Positions 1 through 11,000 of a stretch of 64,000 nucleotides of DNA are shown here, piece by piece (the stretch's first letter is position 1; each line of letters starts with the position of its first letter). The notes under the pieces were generated by a model, which was given only the letters and a program-made list of their open reading frames with translations, was not told the origin of the DNA and did no database searches. Source of the stretch: Klebsormidium nitens. Lineage: Eukaryota; Plantae; Klebsormidiophyceae. The stretch is from the NCBI GenBank assembly GCA_000708835.1, contig DF237281.1:1-64000 (forward strand), read 5' to 3'. A program made the position numbers and the translations under genes.

Positions 1-159
1 GCAGGCATGCACGAATGCTGTTGCACAGGTCTGACTTTTGTTAAACAACTAGTCAAGCAACAACTGGTTTTGTACCACCTTCCCTTCAAACAATCCAAAC
101 AGCCAGTTGAAAGCAATGATGCAGAAAACATTTTTAGCTGTTGTTGCCATATCACTGAC

Positions 160-379
160 CTTGCTGGCACTTGGCGGAGGCCCCAGCAATAATGTCTCCA
201 ACGTGGAATACTGAGACTCCAAGTTTGAGCAGGTCCTCCTTGTCACTGCGTGCAACCTGTCTGGCACGCCTAAAACCCTTTCCGTCCGCCCAAAAAGCCT
301 CTGCATACGGCTCATACAAAGGATCCAAATCCCTGAGGAAGGCTGCAACATCATCCTTGCTCTCCCATGAGCTGTCCAT
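160..379 (-). CDS. Probable first coding exon of a gene continuing off the left edge; SAM (sterile alpha motif)-like N-terminal module
   Basis: ATG at 379. The exon reads MDSSWESKDDVAAFLRDLDPLYEPYAEAFWADGKGFRRARQVARSDKEDLLKLGVSVFHVGDII, with a SAM-like pattern (W..DVAAFL, Y..AF, DL..LGV..H). A G|GTCAGT donor follows at 160/159. Downstream exons lie outside the window. Confidence 0.4.
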
Positions 380-2059
380 CGTGTGTCAAGCGCTGGTGAT
401 CAATCGCTCCGCAAGGATGATGTAGCAGTGCTCAACATCGTGGCCCTTGAAACCCTGGATCACTATTACGGTAAGGCTGAGATGGCCGGCCGGGTCTTTG
501 TCGGGTCCGATCGGAATGGGAATGGTTCCAGAGTGTCCGGTAACGGGCCGATGGAGCCCGTTTGAACAGCGCGTCCCCTTATGGTGCATAGCAGATACCA
601 GAACGCTGGGGCCTTGGTGCCCGGTAGACTGACCGGGCTGGGTTGGGTGGGAACGCAAGGTCGCGCCAACTGCGGCGCCGCCATGATCAATCATTGGCAT
701 GCACGCAGCACCAGGCTCAGCGCGGCGGCCCCGCCGCCCCGGCTGCCAAGCCCTAAAAGTTAAAACCCTCGATATTAGCCGCTGTATTCTGAAGCCCAGC
801 TTACTATTGTGTAAATAAGCAGTAAAAAATGCTAAACCGCGGTGCGGTGTGAATGTTCGATTTTGCGAGGTACAGGGGAGGCGCCGTGCCGGATAGGTTC
901 CCGTTTCTTATTTATTTACACCCGGGATTGTGCCCTATAGTCAGATACAAATTTGCCAATCACTTAAATACCTTATGATTTTCTCTGTACGTTAAAGACT
1001 GTTACTCGACATATTCAGGCGGCCGTGGGACCGCACTTCCAATTCGGTGCGACACTGCTTTTGCACGCGAGCAACACGCGGGTGAGGAATGACTGCGCGT
1101 AGCAATAGCGGTACTCCACGTGTACAATCGTCAGTGTGTTAAATTGTACTCACGATTGTCGTTTGTGGTGTGAATGGGGGCCCCTACAAAAAAGGCTCGA
1201 GCATTCTCATACCTGAAAGCGGCCAAAAGTGGCCTTCGATGGATAAATCGAGCTTATTATGAGTGCATGATACCAGTCTGGAGCGCCACTTCGCCCAATT
1301 CCGAAACGTTTTGTACCGGTACCGCCAGGGTAAAAGCACCAGCTCGTTTTTCTAACCAAAAAACCGAGGTAAAAATGGGGGAAACGGGCCATGAAGAATG
1401 TTCACAGTGCACGTACTAAGGGATATTCCGATTTGCAGTGACAGCATGTCCCATCATGCCTGCATCAGCGAACGGCGGGGCGGTTGGTTAACAAAGTTTT
1501 CCGAGACCATGAAAATGAAACATGTGCCAAGTCCAGTTGCCGGTGCCCAACCTCAACATGAATTCAAGTACAACCGATGATCGTGCTGTATGCCGACAGA
1601 ACGAAGCTCATCATGGCTTCTGTAGATCCAGTTCAGTTCTGCACGTTCGCGACATGTATGCATACACAGAGTTCATGGTCATGCATGTAACTAGTTGCAC
1701 TCAAGCTAGATTCGGAACATATGCAGATTGGCTTACACAGCGTAGCATAGAAGTCGCACTGATTGTGCAGTTTGCCATGCTGTAGCAAGTTCAACTCTTT
1801 GTTCTCAAATCAATCTACCTTCAGTTCGCTTCACTCCCACTTGCATTCTATCAATTAAAAGGTTTGACTATTCTTGCTCTAAGGAAGAACAAAGCACCGA
1901 AAACAGTGCGGGCCACCTCTTCGGGACCCCTTATGGCCCCATCTAACTACTCCACAGGACTAGAACAGACCACCTATGTCCAGCATTACATAAAGCACTA
2001 AGCGGATGTGCCCCCCAATAAACATCATCCATTAGACCGACCACCTGTATTTCCATCCC

Positions 2060-5000
2060 CTACAAATCACCCGAGTCAAATACGTCATTGTAAACCCCCT
2101 GTAGCTGCCCGCAGGTCTTGACATCTACCCCCATGTCTAACAAGCCTGACATTGCCGCCAGGAACGCCGTCTGGAAATCCGCACCAACCCGAGTGTTGTT
2201 GGACGTCCGACTGTCTGTAAATGTATCGTCGAGGTTTGGGCCCGCCACGAGCGCGCCGGTCACTAGGCCGAGCTGCGGGTTCGGCAGCCCTGGGAAGTAG
2301 CCGTTGAAGAAGTCGCACGGCTGGTTTGCGTCCGCCGGGCACGACGACTCGCGGTCCGGAATGCGGGTAGGCCGGTGGTAACCCTTGTTGCCGAACCCGA
2401 CGACATAGCTCCAACTGTCGGGGTACAGGAAATTGTCGCCCATCATGTACCGCATCTGGCCCAGGGCCCAGCACTTGAGGCCACGCTTCTGGTCCGTGTT
2501 CGTCTTGTTTGAGGTAGAATAGATTAGGGCGAGGAAGGAGGCCGCGGCGGCGTTGGGCAGGGGCGCGTCCTTGGTCCACGCGAGGGACAGGTCGGTCGAC
2601 CTGCAGGGACGGACGGGAGCACTTGGATCAGCTTTTGAAGGTTTTCGAAGAGCCTTAGGAATCGTCGTGATACACCGCTTTGCGTTCTGGACATGTAGCC
2701 CGGAGCTGACACGAAACCCCAAGATATCTGATGTTTGTCGTCCGCTTTTATTTCAGAGCAGGGATGCCTAGAGAAAGGACGAAGCAGAGAAGCAGGACGA
2801 CACGCAAGAGGATTTTGATCGGATTGTCAGGCTGGCTCGGAGCAATGCCACCCAAACAACTCAGATGCTTGTCCTTCATCTCAAAGGGTCATACATCCAA
2901 GCAGAACGAAACCACTGCCATACGACACTGCCATACGACACTGCCATAACCTCAAGTCCTCTTTCCCAGCCTCTCGTAAGCGGTCAGCAGAATAGCAGAA
3001 AACTGCCGCGCTGGATGCTTCTGAACATTGCATGAGTGCAGGCACTCACTGCACGGGCATGAAGGGGCAGTCGGGGTCCTCCATATCCGTCAGACCATCG
3101 CAGTCGTTGTCGCGCCCGTCGTTGCAGTTCTCCTCGAACGTTACCGCGAACGGGTCGGTAAGGATCACTGGGCCGGTGGCCCCGAGCGCGGCGTTCTTGA
3201 GCGCGAGCTGCGCGGCGACGAGCTTGGCCTCCTTTGTGGTGTTGCGGTCGGGGGTGCAGCCGTCGAAGACCAGGAACGACTGGTTGTTGAACGTCTGGAT
3301 GTTCTCCTTGATCATGTTCTGGTTCTTGACCGCCTGGGACGCCAGCTGCTTGGCCGCGAGCTGTGGGGAAAAGGACGGCTTCAGAAAGAGCTCTCGTCGG
3401 GGGCCAGTCTCAGGAATCTGTATGCCTTATATGACGGAAGTGTTTGCCGTGCACCATACTCTTTGAAGACCCGATTGAAAAGCAGACACGCTGTCGATGC
3501 GGCCAGAAAACCGGGCACCAGCGTCGAGGCAGATGATCACTCCGGATAAGATCCCTTCCTAACCGAGAAGACTTTAGTTGACTGGTCACAGACTCGGCTC
3601 GCCTTCCTTCAAGCGTAGAAAGGCTTGCGCATGCCCCGAATTCCAGAAAGTCACCATTGCGGAACTTCGAGATGTGGAATCATCCGTGTTCAGCAACGCC
3701 GTCGAAGCCCACCATCAAACGCCTTCCCTCTCAACAAATGACCAGATGCCGTTTCATTCCGGCAAACATCAAACGGCTTCCCTTTGCGCACTGTCACCCA
3801 GAAGCTTCCGCTGATGCTGAACAATACCCAGCATCCAGTCACCCTGACTAACGTACGTCTCAAGGTTTGCACGCATTGGACAGCCGGGCCAGCGCGCTTA
3901 CCACGTCGGGGCTGATCTTGGGCGGCGTAAGCTCGACCCAGGCGCGCAGGAAGGTGCGGATCTGCTCGTGGTACTGCGGCAGGTCGGTCACCCGGGCCAG
4001 CACGCTGGCGGCCGCCCAGACCGCGGTGTCGTAGTTGTACACGTAGTAACCCGCCTCCGTGTTCGCCTGCGCGCCCACTGCCTCGCGCGCCAGGTGCTGC
4101 GTCATGTAGAACTGCACAGGCACATCGAGGAAGATTAGGGTTTAGGAGTTTAGGTTAGGTTTGATTTTGGTTTCGGATCGTCCCCGCGGGCGAAGTCGGA
4201 GCGACAAGGAAGTGCTCAGGTTTTTGCACGCCTGTTGCAGTGGGGCGTGACTGTGGAATGACGTTCCCAAAACAATCGTCTGCGGCCGTAGGTCTCTCAC
4301 CAGACTTGTACTAATCTGCTGAAAGATTTCAAGTTCACTCCATGAATACCATGTGCTGTTCACTGTATCGCGCGCAGTCAGGTGCCGCTGATGCCGGTTG
4401 AGGTCAAGCTCTCAGAATATTTCCTGAGCTTTTCCCTGAAAACCCACTGGGCCCCGTAGCTTTTGAAACAAACAAACACGTCTCACAACGACCTTGTAAC
4501 GCACCTGCGCGTCCCCGAGATACCGCTCCTGCCCCGTCGCCAGGAACAGCGCCACGCCAGCCCACGAGAGGTCATCCAGCACCGTATGGCTGGGGTAAAA
4601 GTCGACGGGCACCGTCGTCTGCACCAGCTTCTGCTCCTGCTGCGCCAGCACGTTTTGCGGCAGGTTCAGGAACGGCGACACGTCGACGGTTTGGAGAAGC
4701 CGCCTGTTGCTGGGTGACACGTCATTTTCGAGGAGGCGTCGCGCGGGGAGCGTGGGTTCGGGCAGAACCGGGGCTGCTGTGACTACTGCTTTGACTGTGG
4801 GAACGGGCGTTGATGGAGCGGGCGTTGGCGGGGGCGCGCACGACGGGTCGAAGAAAGGCCCCACGCCGCCGACCATGACGTACAGCCCGTTGCAGCAGGC
4901 CGCTTTGTCATCGAAGCGGGTCTTCGAATCTGCAGAGGAAAGAAGGGAGCCCGGTAAGGTTTTGTTGCGGCAGGCTGCATGGTCAAGATGAGACCTGCGT

Positions 5001-8000
5001 GGTTAGGCGTGGTAAGGCGGGAGAGCAAAAGCTTTGAAATTCTAAAATGAGACTAAAATGCTAAAAACACTACAGGGACCAGCGATAGAAGAGCACACTC
5101 TAGCAAGACGTACTTGGCACTCCAAGCTGGCTTTTTCAGCGAGATTGTGCTCACTGCCGCTGGCCCAAATCAGTAACGCCTGCCGACCACCAATAAGAGC
5201 AACCACTTACAAACTAGGAATGGCTGATGAAGCTGCTTCACATTGGGCAGCACGACAGACGTCGAAAGCGCAGGATTTAATCGACTCGGAAAGGCGCAAC
5301 TCGAGACTGAGGCACTCACTGAAATCGGCGCACTTGGCATCCTCGAAACCGGGGAGCGCGGACGGCAAATTGATGCAGCGCTTTCCCGCAAGGTCGGCAA
5401 CCCAGCACGTGGATAGAGCGGTGTCTCCGCACAAGCCCCGGCCGGGGCTGTCGCTGTTGATGGCCCCTTTGGCCACGAGCGAGTTGCAGCACGTGAGCGC
5501 CGAGTCGAACTGGTCAGTCGCCCCTGCACAAGGGACAGGAGCGTTCCGGTGAGTAACAGCGACACGTTGGAACAAAGGGACGGGTTGACAGGAAACGTTC
5601 GTCAAGACATTGCTTTGCTAAGACTCCACCGAGTCTGTCGGGGAATGCATCTAGGTGCGGTTACCAACACCAGATGCTTGGATAAGACACTTGGAGTTCT
5701 TTGACTGACCGAACCTGGAACGAATTGAACACAAAAATTTCGAAACTTTGTCACTATAACCACCACCAGAAGACTCTTGCTCTCCAAGTGACAAAAGAAC
5801 CTGGGCATCTTACCAAATGCAGCACACTGCGATCCAGAAGTCGAGTTCAGCTGGACGCAGGAGCGCGAGACGGTGTTCGGCACGAAGCAGGTGGAGGGGC
5901 CCAGGGCGCAGACTCCACGTCCGGGCGCGGAGGCAGTGATTGCCTGGCTCTTGGTGAGCTGGTTGCAGCAGGACTCGGGGGTGGGGAAGAAGTCCTGGCC
6001 GAGACCGGTGCAGCCCTTGCCGGTATCCAGGCTGATGGTCTGGGTGAGGCAGTCGCGGGTCTGTAGCTGGGGGACGAAGCACTCGAACTGGCCTTCGGGA
6101 AGGGCGCATGCGCCCTGCAAATGAGGAGGGGACAAGACTTGGACATCTGGCATTTTTGTTTGAAGAAATCAGCGACTGTCTCCTTCAAAGTGGCATGGAC
6201 TTCGTACTAGGATCAGTAACGGGAATGGAAGAGTGGCAAGGTTAGACGAGAAACGAGGCTTAAAAAGCGGTCGTTGCAGGTGACTGGTGAGACTAGAGTT
6301 TTGTGAGACTAGAGTCTTGCAGGCTCACATCCTCCTTCCAGATGAACTCTGCTGAGACAAGCTTCGCTAGCTAGGAAGTGGACCAACGTGAGCAGCATCC
6401 TTCCGGTGCTTCAGCTTGATGCACACCAAGTCAGCTGAGCTCTGGAACGAATGGTCACCTGGGGAGTCGTCTGGTTCTGCCACACCCCTGCCGAGCGCAT
6501 GAATGCGCAGCAGCTGCTGCGGCGCGTGTAGACCGGCGCCGTCTGGGCCGCGTTCAGGCACAGCCCCTCGTCCTTCAGGAACCCGCACGTGGCCAGCGGG
6601 AAGTCAGGCACCCAGCACTTGATCTCGGCGGGGTCCAGGTTCGCGCTCGCGGGGAGCGGCACGACAGGCACCATCTTCGCCTTGGACACCGTCGTTCCGC
6701 ACGGGACGAATGCGCAGTACGACTGCTCTTGCCCCGGGGTGGACTTCGCGAGCGTGAACAGGGTTTCGGCGCCCTGGAGGAAGCTGTCGGCCTGCTGCGT
6801 GTTGCCAGAGTTGCGCACGAGGACCGACGACAGCGCGAGGGCGGCCGCGCTCTCGGCGAGGAGGTCGACACCGACGTGCGTGCTGTCGAGGATGTACGCT
6901 TGGCGGGCTGTGCCGAGGTTAGGGTCATTCTGGAGGCGCGTCCAGATGGAGCCCAGCGAGGGGGCGTCACCCTCAGTGAGGTATTTGGTTGGGTCGCCCA
7001 CCTGGTCAAGAGGAAACTTGCGAGTGAGGTCTTGGCTTGAAAGCACAAGGCTTCTCTGGGCGAAAGCCGCGGTTCAATTGCTAATATGTCCAGATAATAA
7101 ACCACTATGAGGATATCATTTTAGGTGGCTACACAATGCATCTAATGGCACACAATTCAGGCAGGTGCTTCAGATACCTAGTCTGCCAGCTTGAGATCGT
7201 GGGAGAAGGAGTTCCAACTTATCAAACATGTCCAACGAAGACCATGGACGTCAGCCGGAATGGATATCACTCAGCTTTGCAAGAAAGCTCGCGAAGAGTT
7301 GTATCTCTAAAGTGGCACGATTTTCTGCTGCATCAGTATCCAAGGAAGAGAACGAGGCACGAAGCGCTGATGGTCGCACTGAGATAGATCACGGTACGTG
7401 ACAATATGCTGCTCAAGGGCGCATGTTCGGTCCGGAATAGCGCACCTGGGCGACGAAGACGGAATTGGTCGGATCCCAGTTGTTCAGGATGTAGGTCCCG
7501 GCTGCAACCACGTTCTGTAGCGACTGGTCGAAGACCTCCGCATCCTTGTAGCCCTGAGGGAACTCCAGCATGCTCCAGGCCAGGAGAGAAGCGCTGGTGG
7601 CCAGGGGCATCCCGTACTTGACCGGGTCGCTGCCGATAAGCCACCCTCCCGTGACGTCCTTCTGAGAAGCGGTGCCGTTGCTAATGGCGGCGATGTCTTG
7701 GAAGGAAGCCGCGTTGGTCCTCTGCAACGAAGAGGATCGGGTGTGTCAAACTCCACGTCCCGACCAAGCCACTGAGCACAGTGCACAGGTGCTGCAACCA
7801 ACTTCCGCCCCGCTTTCAGGACTTTATCCAACATTTAAGAGACCTTCAGCACTGCCCGCCGTCAAGTCGCCAGCTCAGACTCAAAGCCCTGAATCTTCTT
7901 TGCGAACTCACAACCCTCCCCAACCCTGAATCATCTCAGACCTGGTGTCTTGTAGGAGGGGCTCAACCAGACTTCTCACCAGCTGCGACAGGTAGCTCCC

Positions 8001-11000
8001 GGCCTTGAACGTTGCTTCCTTCATGTTGAAGTCGACGGGTACAGTGGCCCACAGCAAGACGACAGCGCCCAGCAACGTCAGTGTTCCCAGGAACTGCCCC
8101 CACGCGGCGGCTTTTCTGAAGGGCTTGCCGGACGTGAATGAATAGACGACAAACAGGAAGGGTGCGATGGAATTGTACAGCGCCCAGAACAGGGGCAGGC
8201 CGACGTAGGGCGAGAGGCTGACGTAGCGCGCACCGCGTCCGCCTGCCGGCGTGGTAGCTGTGCGCCAGATGGCCATGCCCACGACCTGGAAGGGGCACAG
8301 ACGCACTTAAGAAGCGATTGATGCGCTCAGCTTCTTGACTCTCTCGAACTGTCTGACTAAATGCGGCATCAGTTGGAAGTTCGTGCAGAGAGTCTAGGGT
8401 CCAGAGAACCTTCGTGCTACATTTTACGGCACTCTTTGCTTCTTGTACATTCCTCCTAAACTCGACTGCTGAGGAAGACACCCGTCGATCTAGGAAAATG
8501 CTAGCACTCAAAAGTCCCTGCATCATTGTCACCAGCTTGCAGCCCGCCTTGTACACCGTTTGTTAGCGTCCATAATCGCCTCGTACACCGTCCGTACACT
8601 GTCTTAGCAATTCCACGAGGAGAACACTCACCGCCAGGCAGAAGCCGAGCATGATGTACAGCACCGTGGGGTCCAGCACGCCCCCCACGTCCACCAGATT
8701 CTTCGCCACGAAGATGGACGCAAACCGCTTGTACCACGGCGCGCGCTTCGGGGGGAGCGGGCGGCTCTCTGAGAGGAGCGGCTCTGTTTCCCGGGGGTTG
8801 TTCACGACCACCGTCAGATTCACAGGGCCTCCGGGAGTCCCCACAACCGACACGCCACTGCTATCCTGGGACTGAAGCGGGCTGTACGGAGCGGGGGGTG
8901 CCCGTTCGCCGGAGGGCGTAGCCCCCCCCGGCTGAAACTCGTGCACCGAGGTAGGGGTGGCTCCCGGAGTGGGGGCATCAGCCTTCTCGACGCTCGCGTA
9001 GGTGACCCCCTCAAAAGGACGGGGCGGGGGGGCGTCCCGGCGGCGGCTGCTGACGCGGGAAAGGACGCGGTTGAACCCGCGCTGGACAGCGGCCAAGGGG
9101 AGGGCGAGCGCTGTCTCGGCGACCTAAGAGCAGATGAAGGACGGAGTTTTCTGGAGCTTTCAGAGGAGGTGCCACGTGAGTAGAAAAGGTGTTGCCCAAA
9201 AGGAGGTGCAGGGGACGCTCTTACGATGGATCTTTCATATAGAATCTTGAGGTTGAGGGATCAACTTTGGAGCAATGATTTCGTAGACCATGCCTACCAC
9301 TCCGTCTACACTACAGATCTTGGGGTTTAAAACACGACCCCAGGAGCCAGACAGCAAGAAGTCTTCTCGACATTAAGCACTGCCTCCGCTCGGGACGCCT
9401 TACCTTCTTCTCCGTGACCTTGAAGCCAACGCCGCCCTTGAGCCCGAACTTGGACAACAGCACGTTGATGACGGCCTTGGTGTAGGTGAACCAGAGGACC
9501 GTGTTGCTGATGTTGGCAAACCACAGCGACTTGATGTGCGCCAGCCGGTGGAAGTAGGTCTGGACAAGGAAGATTGCCAGGTAGTACATGGTGGCCCCTG
9601 CCGCAAACCAGTAGTTGATGATCACGGGGTTAAGGCCGAAACCCAGGGACAGGAACGGGATGAGGAGCGAGACGGGGGTCGCGATCACGTTCACGATGTA
9701 GCTCCAGGTGCCGTACGAGTACCACAGCTTCTGGAAGATGCTCAGGCGCCACTGCGTGAGGGGGCTGTACTTCCAACTGAAGAACACCTGCAGCAGGACG
9801 GAAGAGGCGATTTCGTCTCAAATGGCTTGACAGTGCCGAGATAACCCTGCTTTCAGCAAAAGCATCAATCAGCCAGTCGAATCTTGCAATGGATGATTCC
9901 AAGCAGAATCGTGCGGCATCTTCCACTGTACTTTAATATCCTCAGGGAAAAAGCTGTTTCCTCCAGGGCGCTCGCCATGCACAATTGGTGTCTGCGCAGC
10001 GTGAGGGCAAAGAAAGTGTTGCATCTAGTATCATGAAGAATCCGCAGCGCCCCGATTGCCAGATCGACGTTCACCTGCATGTGGCCCTTGCACCAGCGGC
10101 TGCGCTGCCGCATAACGTTGCGGACCTCATCGGGCGCTTCTCCTTCGGCAATGTAGTCCAGCAGGTATGAACCCTTGTAGCCATGCTTCTTGAGCTCCAT
10201 ACCCAGGGCGTAGTCCTCCGTAATGGTGTACTGGAGAGGTGACATTGGCATGGCGTCAGGAGGCAATCAGTGCGGCAAGAGGGAACAGGCGACTGCTGTA
10301 TTCCTTCAGGTGCCCCTCCTGCTGGTTGCGGGGCGTTCTCAGGTTGAACACGTGCAATATTGCCATAGACTGTGCGTAATTGCCTGACTGGAGACCTTGA
10401 GGGGTGGCCACCGAAGGCATGCCAAACATTGTGAGCAATATTTAGGGAAAAAAGAGAGTAGGAAGGACTCACAGTGGGGAAGAACTTGCAGTGCGCCAGA
10501 GGTCTGGCGCGGATGGCAAAGTTGGTCCCTGTGCACGCGATGTAACCCCAGGCGACGGCACCGGGTAGCCAGTACTCCCAGAACTGGAGGTTGATGTTGT
10601 TGAAGAGGTCCGCGCCAGGATGGATATTGTGAAAGGCCTAAAAGACAAAGGTAAGTTGTGAGTATCTGCGTTCCTATTGTACAATGTCACAGCAATTTCC
10701 CCAGTTGATGAGCAAGTTGACAGTTTCTAATATCAGGAAGATCTGAACCATGCCAAAGCGCCCAACGTTCCGCTACAGATGTTGAGAACACAGTGCTTGA
10801 CTTTCAAACTTACCTGGGGTGATAGGCAAAGAGCGTATTTGGGGTTTGTGAGAGGCTCCAGGATGCGCAGGAAGAAGTGCTTCTTGGCCACCATATCCGC
10901 ATCGAAAACCACAATGATCTCAGTCTCTGGGATCTTCTCCCAGCTGATCTCCTTTGTCCCAGGATACCGGTAACTGCAGGAGAACCAACAGCAATTGTGC

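Larger units (their letters stand above)
2060..8030 (-). other. GH9 (alpha/alpha)6-barrel-like domain of the fusion gene, with large insertions and degenerate active-site motifs
   Basis: GH9 blocks appear in canonical order across exons 12-20. DAGD reads IGSD, HHR reads PDR, and NEVAxDYN reads TRVGADFQ. Confidence 0.88.

Noticed and set aside
770-1420. A/T-tract-rich stretch resembling a DNA transposon remnant
   Set aside because: I found no matching terminal inverted repeats, target duplication or transposase similarity.
7722-7979. Two separate adjacent genes (synthase and endoglucanase)
   Set aside because: The upstream exon has no stop before a good donor, the GH9 exon has no own ATG or signal peptide, the splice is in phase, and the first GH9 helix lies in the upstream exon. 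cDNA is still needed for proof.
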